Below the pieces are notes generated by a model that was not told where the DNA came from, made no database searches, and saw only the letters and a list, made by a program, of their open reading frames with translations. The translations under genes were made by a program, and so were the position numbers. DNA of 24,137 nt from Promethearchaeota archaeon (GTDB taxonomy: Archaea > Asgardarchaeota > Lokiarchaeia > Sigyniarchaeales > SOKP01): the NCBI GenBank assembly GCA_048940925.1, contig JBHLOC010000060.1, forward strand, positions 1-24,137, read 5' to 3'. Shown here piece by piece: positions 1 to 8,857 of the stretch (positions are counted from its first letter, which is position 1; every line of letters begins with the position of its first letter).

Positions 1-62
1 AACCATCCTTTCACGAAATAATAACTATACTTGGGTAATATAGACTAATAAAAATAGAATTT

Positions 63-401
63 TTAGTTTTCACGCCAACTATACTTACAATTTAGACATT
101 TGAAAAAATGAGTCATTGGTTCATCAGCACCTCTTATTTGAACTTGCCATGTTTCAGCTTCCGTAAAACCGCATTTTGGGCAATTTTTTTTAGTTGTAGG
201 ATACACAGAAACTTTGTCTTCTTCTGTAACGATGATAAGTTTTTTTTCTAAATCTTCTTTTTTCTTTTGAATGGATTGTTTTAATTTCTCAACATTCTGT
301 TCTAGTTCTTTTTGAAAACCACATTTACAGACCAAATAAGTTTTCCCATTTTCCTTTTTCTTTCGAAGTAAATTATCGCACTCAGGACAAAAATCAGGCA
401 T
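63..401 (-). CDS. tfs: Transcription factor S (TFS/RpoM family, transcript-cleavage factor)
   Basis: N-terminal Zn ribbon (FCPEC...CKC) and C-terminal Zn ribbon (CPKC...CLNC) with the intact acidic hairpin QIRGADEPMT typical of TFS/TFIIS/C11; 112 aa. Confidence 0.95.
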   Translation of the reverse strand: MPDFCPECDNLLRKKKENGKTYLVCKCGFQKELEQNVEKLKQSIQKKKEDLEKKLIIVTEEDKVSVYPTTKKNCPKCGFTEAETWQVQIRGADEPMTHFFKCLNCKYSWREN

Positions 402-413
402 ATTTTATACTCA

Positions 414-734
414 CTATTCAAGTTCTTTCTTTATTTCATATAATTTCTGATAATATTCAAAATTTAATTTATTCATATCTTGAATAAATTGGGCTATGAT
501 TACCTTATCTCCATCTGATTTTAGCTCCAAATCTCCAATAACATTAATTAAATCATTTACATCATAAGTAAACTCTTCAATTTCAGTTATCTTTACTTTA
601 ATTGTTCCTGTTTTATCGTCAAGCAAAATGTATTCAATGTTACTTTTATCTTTAATATATCCAGTAACTTGTATTCGTTCATCATTATTTTCGATATCTT
701 TTATTATTCTTTGCTTTGCGAACCGATTTGACAT
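414..734 (-). CDS. Small single-OB-fold protein, RPA14/RPA3-like replication protein A subunit
   Basis: 106 aa. Pattern IKDI..NDERIQVTG / ILLDDKTG / INVIG / IIAQFIQDM followed by a C-terminal amphipathic helix resembles Thermococcales RPA14 (recalled, not searched). Divergent from PCNA/primase. Confidence 0.65.
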   Translation of the reverse strand: MSNRFAKQRIIKDIENNDERIQVTGYIKDKSNIEYILLDDKTGTIKVKITEIEEFTYDVNDLINVIGDLELKSDGDKVIIAQFIQDMNKLNFEYYQKLYEIKKELE

Positions 735-905
735 TTTTCCTTACTATAATAATCATTAATATACATTTGAAAATTTAGGATAAGTATAAATAATTGATTT
801 AATACCAAACATTAGTATTATTAAAACACTAATATTAAATATTATTAATAATGGCAATAAAACTTATTTATCTTAATTATAATTGAATATATTTGCTGAA
901 AGAAT

Positions 906-1709
906 ATGAGTTTTACGTTAAAGTTGGAAAATAGTCGGATATTGAAAGGTATTGTAGAAACTCTTGCGAGTATTATAGATGAAACTGAATTTAGAGTTAC
1001 TCCTAAAGAATTTACAATATCAGCAATGGATCCAAGTCGAATTTGTTTGCTTAAACTCTCAATTAAAAAGGAAAATTTCGATGAGTACAAATGTACGAAA
1101 GAATCTAAAGTTGGTCTTAATTTAGATGATTTAGATAAAATTTTAAAAAGAAGTGCTTTGAATGATTCAGTTGAAATTGATTTTAAAGAAGCAGAACAAA
1201 AGATAAAAATAAAAATGCAAAGAGAAGGAGTTTCTCGTACTAGAACTTTTAGCTTAGCCCTATTAGATATCGATATAGAGGAAATACCTATGGAAAGGTT
1301 ATTAGAAATAGAGTATCCCTCAAAGTGGGTAATAGATCCTGACTTTTTAGTTGAAGCGATTAAAGATGCAGAAATTTATTCAGAGATTCTTAATATGAAT
1401 GCAACCCAAGGGCAAGGATTAATTTTTAGCTCCTCAGGTCAAATAGGTGAAATGGTCTATGATCTTAATGAAGACGATTTACTCGAAAGCAACTTGAGCG
1501 GTACTAGCACAGGAGCTTATTCATTAACCTTTCTTAAAGCAATTTTGAAAATTGCTTCAATAACTGAAAAGTTAGAGATCTCTTTGAAGACTGATCATCC
1601 ACTAAAGATGGAATTTGATCTTCTAGAAGGAGGTGAATTAAGTTACTTCCTCGCACCAAGAGTAGAAGAAGAAGAATTTGACGAAGACGAAGATATGGAT
1701 GAATTTTAA
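906..1709 (+). CDS. pcn: PCNA (DNA polymerase sliding clamp) with acidic C-terminal tail
   Basis: ISAMDPSRICL, VGLNLDDLDKILKR, YSLTFL, HPLKMEF and the terminal YFLAPRVE PCNA signatures. Confidence 0.97.
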   Translation: MSFTLKLENSRILKGIVETLASIIDETEFRVTPKEFTISAMDPSRICLLKLSIKKENFDEYKCTKESKVGLNLDDLDKILKRSALNDSVEIDFKEAEQKIKIKMQREGVSRTRTFSLALLDIDIEEIPMERLLEIEYPSKWVIDPDFLVEAIKDAEIYSEILNMNATQGQGLIFSSSGQIGEMVYDLNEDDLLESNLSGTSTGAYSLTFLKAILKIASITEKLEISLKTDHPLKMEFDLLEGGELSYFLAPRVEEEEFDEDEDMDEF

Positions 1710-1710
1710 T

Positions 1711-1737
1711 CGCTTTTTTCTTTGCTTTTCATTTATT
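1711..1737 (+). terminator. Putative archaeal oligo-T terminator after pcn
   Basis: T-rich tract cgcttttttctttgcttttcatttatt immediately after the stop codon. Confidence 0.4.
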
Positions 1738-1861
1738 AGATAATTAATAGGTTCATTAAAATTATCATTAAATCTATTTACTCTTAATTTATTAATGCTT
1801 AATAGCCTCAAATTTTTACGTAGCTAAATAATAAACCTTAAAATTGGTAATCTTTTGAACA

Positions 1862-3049
1862 ATGAGTGGTATTTTTGATCTTGTAAAACGTTATCCTTGG
1901 CTTCCCTCTCTTGAAAAATTATATTCTGATATAGCTTTTAAAGATCCAATAGAATTTTTTGATGATCTATTTACACCTAAAAATGATTATCTTTATGAAA
2001 GAATTTTAGAATTCTTTAAGGGAGCATTTGATAAAATTGAGCAATTTTCTTACTATAAAGATGATGAAATTAACATTTACTTATATCTATTATTAAAAAT
2101 TTTACTATTTGTAATAAACGATAATCAAATTTCTAACAGAATCGCAGAATTGTATTCAAAGATCACATATTCTGAATTAAATAAAGAAAATGAGTCCAAT
2201 CTATACTTTATTTACCATGATTTAAATTTAGATGTCATTTATGAACAAGAACCAACAGTATATAAGAAAAGAATCTTAAAAGATCAAATAGAGACAATAC
2301 AGACAAATTTTAAAATTCATTATATCGATTATTTAAAATTATCCTCTCGTCTAAAAGATGATTACCGCAAATTAGTTAATAGTGCACTTGCTAATGGTTA
2401 TGTATATATTAAACCAATGCAACTAAATAGATTAATTCAAGAATATGTACGTCATAAAATCTTAAATCAAACTAAAGAAAACTTGAAAATTGTAAACAAT
2501 TTTAAGGAAAAATTATTTAATAATCAAAAAATTAAGGATTTATACGATGAGATAATGGATGCTTGGGAGAAAAAGAAAGAGACTTATGATTATTCAATTG
2601 AAATAGGATTTAAAGAAGAAGAAGATTTATCTGAAATTTTTCCTCCCTGTATTAAGGAAATACTATCTAAAGCACAAGAAGGACAGAATTTAATACACAC
2701 TGAGAGACTGTATATCTTATGGTTTCTAAATGCTTTGAATTATCCCGAAGAAAAAATAATTAATGTATTTTCAAATCTTCCTGATTTTGATGATAAAAAA
2801 ACTAGGTATCAAGTAAAATACGCTATGAAAAAAGGTTATAAACCATATTCTTGTCAATCTTTAAAGTCTATGAATTTATGCATGGCGAACAAATATAATG
2901 ATGAGTTATGTATAACAGGTTATGGTTCAAAAGATCCAAATGAAAGAAGAAAATTAGTTCGCCCATTAAGTTATATAGAAATAAAGAAATATAGAGCTCA
3001 AAAATGGAAAAATTACATAGAAAAGAAACCAGAGAAAGAAAATGAGTGA
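1862..3049 (+). CDS. priL: DNA primase large subunit PriL
   Basis: N-terminal RYPWL, LVN..L.NGYVY, and a C-terminal Fe-S domain: FPPCI, NLIHTER, PDFD.KKTRYQV, YSC..L....LC...C (four Cys). Confidence 0.95.
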   Translation: MSGIFDLVKRYPWLPSLEKLYSDIAFKDPIEFFDDLFTPKNDYLYERILEFFKGAFDKIEQFSYYKDDEINIYLYLLLKILLFVINDNQISNRIAELYSKITYSELNKENESNLYFIYHDLNLDVIYEQEPTVYKKRILKDQIETIQTNFKIHYIDYLKLSSRLKDDYRKLVNSALANGYVYIKPMQLNRLIQEYVRHKILNQTKENLKIVNNFKEKLFNNQKIKDLYDEIMDAWEKKKETYDYSIEIGFKEEEDLSEIFPPCIKEILSKAQEGQNLIHTERLYILWFLNALNYPEEKIINVFSNLPDFDDKKTRYQVKYAMKKGYKPYSCQSLKSMNLCMANKYNDELCITGYGSKDPNERRKLVRPLSYIEIKKYRAQKWKNYIEKKPEKENE

Positions 3050-4316
3050 TTTAAATTATCTAAGACGCTTATTTCAAGCTTATTATAAAGAACAGCAATC
3101 CAAAATTCCTATAGTCAACTTTTTTGAAAAACGAGAGTTTGGTTTTATGCCTTGGGAAAAATTTATTATGATTAGGCATATAGGATTTGATTCTCAAGAG
3201 ATATTAAAAAATTATTTTATAATAAATACTCCAAGACATGCTTATATGAGTGGTTCTTTATACTCACAACCAGAAAATCAAGATATGGATTCAAAAGGTT
3301 ATCAGGGATGTGATTTGATTATTGATATTGATGTTGATCATTTTTATACATCATGTAAGGAAGATCATGATCTCTGGACCTGTAAAGAATGTGGAAAAAC
3401 AGGGAAGGGAATGCCGAAAAAGTGTCCTTCCTGTGGTAAATTAAAGTTACAGACATTAAACTGGATATGTGATGAATGCTTAAATATCGCAAAGAATGAA
3501 ATAATGAAATTAATTTATAATTTTTTAATTCCAGATTTTGGAATTAACTTAAATCATATGAAAATAGCATTTTCTGGTCATAGAGGATATCATTTAAAGA
3601 TTGAAAATGATAAAATTAGGACTTTATCTACAGATGAAAGAAGAGAAATTGCTGATTATCTCACAGGAGAAAATATAACATTTGAAATTTTAGGTCTCCA
3701 AGAAAAAGGAGGTAATATATATGGCCTTTCCAAACAAAATATAGGATGGAGCCATAAGATTACCCAAAAAATTGAAGATTTCTTAAAAAAACCCGATTTA
3801 GAAATTCAAAATCAATTATCAAATCCAAGAAGATTTCATTTTAGACAAAACTTAATAAAAAGTTTTCTTAATTCCAAAAATGATTTCTTGAAAATCATAG
3901 AGAGTAATAATAAAAATATATGGACAATTGAAGGCTTTGGATTAAATACCTGGAATAAATTTTTAACTGGTATAGTTCATGAGATTGGAATAGAAATTGA
4001 TTCTCCAGTAACAATTGATATTCATAGACTCATTAGATATCCAGGTTCATTGCATGGTAAGACAGGATTTAAGGTTCAGGAGATTTTTCCAGATGAACTT
4101 GATGATTTTAATCCCTTAGATGAAATTAATAAGAGTAATGATCCAATTGTGTTTAAAAGTAATAAATCTCAAAAATTAGAAATAACCGAACCAAAAGTTC
4201 CCATGACAAAAATAAAGGGAGAAGAATTTGGACCCTATACCAAAGGTGAAATAATTGAGGTACCTCACCATATCGCGGTATTTTTACTTTGTAAAGAAGT
4301 CGCAAAAACTGTATGA
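3042..4316 (+). CDS. priS: DNA primase small (catalytic) subunit PriS
   Basis: KREFGF, IRH, DLIIDIDVD (motif I), FSGHRGYH (motif II), IDSPVTIDIHRLIRYPGSLHGKTG (motif III). The start overlaps the priL stop by 8 nt. Confidence 0.97.
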   Translation: MSDLNYLRRLFQAYYKEQQSKIPIVNFFEKREFGFMPWEKFIMIRHIGFDSQEILKNYFIINTPRHAYMSGSLYSQPENQDMDSKGYQGCDLIIDIDVDHFYTSCKEDHDLWTCKECGKTGKGMPKKCPSCGKLKLQTLNWICDECLNIAKNEIMKLIYNFLIPDFGINLNHMKIAFSGHRGYHLKIENDKIRTLSTDERREIADYLTGENITFEILGLQEKGGNIYGLSKQNIGWSHKITQKIEDFLKKPDLEIQNQLSNPRRFHFRQNLIKSFLNSKNDFLKIIESNNKNIWTIEGFGLNTWNKFLTGIVHEIGIEIDSPVTIDIHRLIRYPGSLHGKTGFKVQEIFPDELDDFNPLDEINKSNDPIVFKSNKSQKLEITEPKVPMTKIKGEEFGPYTKGEIIEVPHHIAVFLLCKEVAKTV

Positions 4317-4344
4317 GTTAAAAATTAAATTTTACAAAGACTTG

Positions 4345-4352
4345 TTTATAAT
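4345..4352 (+). promoter_or_regulatory. Candidate TATA box for the GINS gene
   Basis: TTTATAAT 26-33 nt upstream of ATG 4378. The AT-rich background weakens the call. Confidence 0.3.
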
Positions 4353-4377
4353 ATTAATGTGACTAGATTCGATATTT

Positions 4378-5043
4378 ATGGACTTAAAAACAGATTATGA
4401 GAACCTATATCAGCACTGGATTAAAGAATTTCAGCAATCAGAACTGACTAAATTAAATCAAGCCTTATTTGATTATTATAGAAAAATAGTTAGTTTTATT
4501 AATAATTATAAAGAAGAACAAAATGATGTTTTAAAAGAAAAGGTATTTGAATCATATAAAGTCAATATTAACTATTTGTTTAACGATCTTTTAAAGATCC
4601 GAGAACAAAAAATAATAAACTGCGCTTTAGCTCTAAAAGAAATAAATTTGAATGATGTGATAGAGTCTGAAAAGCTTTTATTTCAAAATTTAATCAGTTC
4701 TATTAAAGGTTATAAAAAAATAAAAGCTGGTGAACTCTATGGAGAAATTGATAGTTTAGAGGATCTAAAACCATTAGAAATTAAAATTGATGAGAAAGTT
4801 AAGGTAGAAAATGACATATCAATTAAAGAAGATATTTCTATTATTTCAGAAAAGCCTACTCTAGAAAAAAAAGAAGAAATCAACTATATTGTAGTAAGAT
4901 TTCTAAAAGAAACCCCTCCTTTAGTTGGCATTGACTTTTTAAACTATGGTCCTTTTGCGGAAGAAGATATTGCATTTCTTCCTTATCAGAATGCTATAAT
5001 TCTTATAAATGAAAAATTCGCAGAAAAAGTAGATTTATCCTAA
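4378..5043 (+). CDS. ginS: GINS complex subunit Gins15/Gins51
   Basis: Helical A domain (LLKIREQKII, ESEKLLF), charged linker, and C-terminal B domain VVRFLKETPPLVGIDFLNYGPF..EDIAFLP..NA..LI. Conserved position after priS. Confidence 0.92.
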   Translation: MDLKTDYENLYQHWIKEFQQSELTKLNQALFDYYRKIVSFINNYKEEQNDVLKEKVFESYKVNINYLFNDLLKIREQKIINCALALKEINLNDVIESEKLLFQNLISSIKGYKKIKAGELYGEIDSLEDLKPLEIKIDEKVKVENDISIKEDISIISEKPTLEKKEEINYIVVRFLKETPPLVGIDFLNYGPFAEEDIAFLPYQNAIILINEKFAEKVDLS

Positions 5044-5045
5044 TT

Positions 5046-5231
5046 TTACTCAAATTTTTTATCGAATTCTTCCTTAAAGTATTGTAATCGATACTTTCCA
5101 TATTTATCTGTCAAAGAGAATTTAGGAGGTCTTGGATTTATTAATTTTCCGCCACAATAACGACATTTTGATTCTGGATTCAATAATCCATATCGTTTGC
5201 ATTCCTTACACTTCATGAGGTATTTCGGCAT
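5046..5231 (-). CDS. nop10: Nop10, H/ACA RNP protein
   Basis: CKEC...CRYCGG zinc knuckle and PPKFSLTDKYGKYR; immediately downstream of aIF2-alpha. Confidence 0.95.
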   Translation of the reverse strand: MPKYLMKCKECKRYGLLNPESKCRYCGGKLINPRPPKFSLTDKYGKYRLQYFKEEFDKKFE

Positions 5232-5235
5232 TTTC

Positions 5236-6057
5236 CTATTCCCTTATAAACTCAAATGTCCCATTATATTCATTAGCTTTTTGCTCAATAATCTCTAATG
5301 CGTCTGATAAGATATTTTCAGCATCTAAATAATCCTTTGATGTAATTTCTAATCTGTAATATGGAGCAGCTATATAATTTATGTTAATATTGCGAGTTTT
5401 TTTTGGTTTAATAACATTTAAAGCAGATCCCAATGAATCTTTTATATAGTCTATCCCGTTTTCTGCATTAAACGATAATTTCACTTTTCCTGAAATGCTT
5501 ACTGTTGAAATCTCTACATTTTCATTAACAATTTTTAAAAATGATGATTTAACATGATTTGATATATCGTTCAAATCATTTAATATCTCATCTCCTGATT
5601 CTTTTAAACTTTCAATAGCTTCTTGATATGTATCAAAATATTCCAAAATAGGAAATCCAATTAATTCATATGCTTCTTCAAGGGTCATATTAACACCTTC
5701 TACTTCTGTTAACAATTGTAGAAGCATTTCATATTTTACGGCATACTTCCACTCTTTTAGTCGGTTTTCTCTCTGTGCAGAATTAACCCTTCTTAATGAT
5801 AAATCAACATGGCCTTTTGTAGGATCAACTCTTAATACTCGTAAAACAATTCTTTGTCCAATTCTGACATAGTTTCTTATATTCTTAATCCATCTAGAAC
5901 TAATTTCTGATACATGTATCATCCCTCTTGCCGATCCGTCAGACTCTAAACCCTCGAAATCTATTAAATCAACATACACGTATTGATTTTGAATCTCAGT
6001 TACCTTGGCAACTACAAACTCTCCTTCCCTAGGAAACTTTGTTTTAGTTTTGACCAT
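5236..6057 (-). CDS. eif2a: Translation initiation factor aIF2 alpha subunit
   Basis: FPREGEFVV, S1 domain GMIHVSEISSRWIKNIR...VLRVDP.KGHVDLSLRRV, C-terminal YIAAPYYR. Confidence 0.97.
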   Translation of the reverse strand: MVKTKTKFPREGEFVVAKVTEIQNQYVYVDLIDFEGLESDGSARGMIHVSEISSRWIKNIRNYVRIGQRIVLRVLRVDPTKGHVDLSLRRVNSAQRENRLKEWKYAVKYEMLLQLLTEVEGVNMTLEEAYELIGFPILEYFDTYQEAIESLKESGDEILNDLNDISNHVKSSFLKIVNENVEISTVSISGKVKLSFNAENGIDYIKDSLGSALNVIKPKKTRNININYIAAPYYRLEITSKDYLDAENILSDALEIIEQKANEYNGTFEFIRE

Positions 6058-6182
6058 AATTATAATAAAACTGTTGTTAATATTAATTCTTTTTTCGAAT
6101 CCTTTGTATACTTAAAGATCTATAATTTTTTATTTTTTCTATCTTTTTAACTAAGAAAATATCTCTAAAGTGATTTCATCAA

Positions 6183-6611
6183 ATTCCAAATTGGTTTATT
6201 CATAATAAATGGGCTAAAAAAGCAGGGATCTCGGAAGATGTTGCTAATTTAGTTAATAGAGCTTTAGATTATGGATTTAATTGGATGTTTATTGAAGAAA
6301 AAGATATTAGAGCTGAAGAAAATAATGACAATTTAATTTTTAAGCAATTAAAATTTTTTTATGAACAAGGTAAGAGAAATAATAATTATATTAAAGCTCT
6401 CTTTTTACATCATTTATTAGATTTCTTTAAAGAGACTTACATTGATATTAACAATATTGAACGTGTATTTGAAAAATTCATCGAAAATAAAATTCCATTC
6501 ACAATTACAGATTCAGAAGGAAAAGAAGTAAATTTTAAAGAAGAGCTTAATCAAATTTTCCAATTAATAAGAAGGAATAAAGTAGAACTAATACAGGATC
6601 TAAAAAGTTAG
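6183..6611 (+). CDS. Hypothetical protein, probable metal-dependent hydrolase-like (HxxxD helix); start proposed at non-canonical ATT 6183 (ORF track start 6285)
   Basis: The frame is open from 6174. The upstream part reads (I)PNWFIHNKWAKKAGISEDVANLVNRALDYG and the downstream part has LFLHHLLD. An SD-like GTGAT sits at 6170-6174. Confidence 0.55.
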   Translation: MPNWFIHNKWAKKAGISEDVANLVNRALDYGFNWMFIEEKDIRAEENNDNLIFKQLKFFYEQGKRNNNYIKALFLHHLLDFFKETYIDINNIERVFEKFIENKIPFTITDSEGKEVNFKEELNQIFQLIRRNKVELIQDLKS

Positions 6612-6673
6612 AACATTAAACTAAACAAATGTGATAAACTTGCTCTAAGATTTGTTATATTTATTCTACTATT

Positions 6674-7150
6674 TCAGTATTTATGTCTGCAATTAATAGA
6701 GCAAAAATCCTCATCTGCTCCATTATTATTTTCTAATACAGGATATAAATACAATCGATTACAATGTTTGCATTGCAGAAATAATTCTCGAATTAGTTTA
6801 ATTTGATCTAGTCCTTTTTTAGTAAACTTAACTGCTATATCTTTTGGTTTTGTCTCATTCACCAAATAAAGCTTTATATAATTTCTCTTCACTAGGTTTT
6901 TAAGACTTTTAGAAAGAGTAAGGGGGTAATACTTTATTTTATCAAGTATACCTACTAAGTTTACACCATTTTTATTTAAACATAACTCTTCATATAACAA
7001 ATTAAAAATATTAATTTCTGTTAAATGAAACGCATCAACTAATTTGCATAATTTCTTAAAATTAGCTTCATTAAAGCGCTCAGGTTTGATTAAAAAATCA
7101 TTAGGATTTTTACTATAATTCGAATAAGAGTCATAATCGAAATTTTCCAT
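6674..7150 (-). CDS. MarR-like winged-helix protein with C-terminal TRASH/FCS-type Cys4 metal-binding finger (start revised to ATG 7150)
   Basis: LTEINIFNLLY...LTLSKSLKNLVKRNYIK...VKFTKKG (wHTH) followed by CKHC-x19-FCSINC. A TATA box lies 24-32 nt upstream of ATG 7150. Confidence 0.65.
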   Translation of the reverse strand: MENFDYDSYSNYSKNPNDFLIKPERFNEANFKKLCKLVDAFHLTEINIFNLLYEELCLNKNGVNLVGILDKIKYYPLTLSKSLKNLVKRNYIKLYLVNETKPKDIAVKFTKKGLDQIKLIRELFLQCKHCNRLYLYPVLENNNGADEDFCSINCRHKY

Positions 7151-7173
7151 AAAATTAATGTTACTTTTTCTAA

Positions 7174-7182
7174 TATATAAAA
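7174..7182 (-). promoter_or_regulatory. Candidate TATA box (leaderless transcript) for the wHTH-Zn finger gene
   Basis: TTTTATATA on the minus strand at canonical archaeal spacing from ATG 7150. Confidence 0.4.
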
Positions 7183-7522
7183 TATAGGTGTAGAATAGTT
7201 TATAATGGCACTTTCTCAATTCTCATCTTCCCTAGTAAAAGAAGTAAATTTTAATGAAGAACTGAATGAAATCTTCTAAAAAATAAAAACATTAAAAAAA
7301 AAGTTGCCCAAAATTCTTTTTGTTTAACTAATTGAATGTATTATTGTAAAATCCATATTAAATATATAGTTCAATACCAATACCTCTAAAAATACACCAC
7401 AAATTATAGTAAAAAATATAAACTCATCAACATTTAAAATTAACATCTAATAAAAATTATATTTTATTTAAATAATATAATAGATTAATTAAATCATAAA
7501 TTATTGAGTAAATTAATGAATT

Positions 7523-8824
7523 ATGCCAGCTGAAAAACCTCATTTGAATCTAGTAATTATTGGGCATATTGATCACGGTAAATCGACCATGATGGGAGCT
7601 CTCCTCATTGAAACTGGAGCTGTCACCGACAGAGAAGCTCGAGAGTTGGAAAAACTTGCAAAAGAATATGATAGAGAATCATGGTCTTATGCTTTCGTCT
7701 TTGATAAACTAAAAGAAGAGCGACAACGGGGGATCACAATTGATCTTGCATTCAGAAAATTTGAGACGCCAAATCGTTATTTTACAATTATAGATGCACC
7801 AGGTCATGCTGATTTTGTTAAAAATATGATTACTGGTGCCTCTCAAGCCGATGCTGCTATTCTTGTTGTCTCTGGTAAGAAGGGTGAGATGGAAGTTGGA
7901 ATTGCTGCCAATGGACAAACTCGAGAGCATGCATACCTGGCCCAGACTTTAGGGGTAAAACAAATGGTTGTTGCGGTGAATAAAGCTGATATTTATGATT
8001 ATTCTGAAGGTAGATTTAACGAATGTAAGGAATCAGTTGGAGATCTTCTTAAAAATATTGGTTTTAAGCTCAAAGATGTACCTTTTGTACCAACAAGTGG
8101 AATGGCTATGGAGAACTTATCAAGGAAAAGTGATAAAATGCCTTGGTATGATGGTCCAACATTAATAGAAGCAATTGATAAATTTGTGGTTCCTGAAAAA
8201 CCTCTTGATAAACCATTGAGATTACCAATTCAAGATTCCTATAGAATCAAAGGTACTGGAGTTGTACCAGTTGGTAGAGTTGAAACTGGAGTTTTAAAGA
8301 AAGGTGATCAAGTCATCATAATGCCAACTGGTTTTAAAGGAGAAATTCGGAGTATTGAAATGCATCATGAAGAAATTCCCCAAGCAGTACCGGGAGATAA
8401 TGTAGGTATAGCTATTCGGGGTATTACAATGCAAGATGCCAGTCGAGGTGATTGTCTCGGACATCCTAATAATCCACCAACTGTTATTACACCAAAAGGG
8501 AAATGGGTTGGTCAGATTATAGTTATTTGGCACCCAACAGCAATAGCACAAGGCTATACTCCTGTAATTCATGCCCACACAGCTCAGATCGCAGCAAAAT
8601 TTATTTCTTTATCTAAAAAATTAGATCAAAAGACTAGCGCTGTGATTGAAGATAATCCGAAGTTTCTTAAAAGAAATGAAGCTGCAATAGTTGAATTACA
8701 GCCAATTAAGAAAATGTGTCTTGAAAAATATGAAGTGATTCCAGAGATGGGCCGCTTTGCTGTGCGGGACATGGGGAGAACCGTGGCCGTTGGTATTGTT
8801 AAAGACATAGAAACTGGAGCTTAA
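7523..8824 (+). CDS. tuf: Translation elongation factor EF-1 alpha
   Basis: GHIDHGKST, ERQRGITID, DAPGH, KNMITGASQAD, NKAD, PLRLPIQD, VPVGRVETG, GRFAVRDMGRTVAVG; 433 aa. Confidence 0.98.
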   Translation: MPAEKPHLNLVIIGHIDHGKSTMMGALLIETGAVTDREARELEKLAKEYDRESWSYAFVFDKLKEERQRGITIDLAFRKFETPNRYFTIIDAPGHADFVKNMITGASQADAAILVVSGKKGEMEVGIAANGQTREHAYLAQTLGVKQMVVAVNKADIYDYSEGRFNECKESVGDLLKNIGFKLKDVPFVPTSGMAMENLSRKSDKMPWYDGPTLIEAIDKFVVPEKPLDKPLRLPIQDSYRIKGTGVVPVGRVETGVLKKGDQVIIMPTGFKGEIRSIEMHHEEIPQAVPGDNVGIAIRGITMQDASRGDCLGHPNNPPTVITPKGKWVGQIIVIWHPTAIAQGYTPVIHAHTAQIAAKFISLSKKLDQKTSAVIEDNPKFLKRNEAAIVELQPIKKMCLEKYEVIPEMGRFAVRDMGRTVAVGIVKDIETGA

Positions 8825-8827
8825 AAG

Positions 8828-8857
8828 CTTTTACTTTTTGATTTTTTTATTTTAATT
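8828..8857 (+). terminator. Putative oligo-T terminator after tuf
   Basis: Consecutive T tracts (cttttactttttgatttttttattttaatt) directly after the stop codon. Confidence 0.5.

Noticed and set aside
63-401. TFS as an inhibitory TFS4-like paralogue because of its Lys-rich linker
   Set aside because: The catalytic DE hairpin (GADEP) is intact, consistent with a canonical cleavage factor.
845-1090. 81-aa minus-strand ORF
   Set aside because: Antisense shadow of pcn; no recognisable motif.
7151-7219. ORF-track N-terminal 23 aa of the wHTH protein (TTG 7219)
   Set aside because: It spans a TATA-like box correctly spaced for ATG 7150 and looks like translated AT-rich intergenic DNA.
7709-8808. 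Three minus-strand ORFs (7709-7930, 8294-8578, 8626-8808)
   Set aside because: All lie antisense within tuf and are shadow ORFs.
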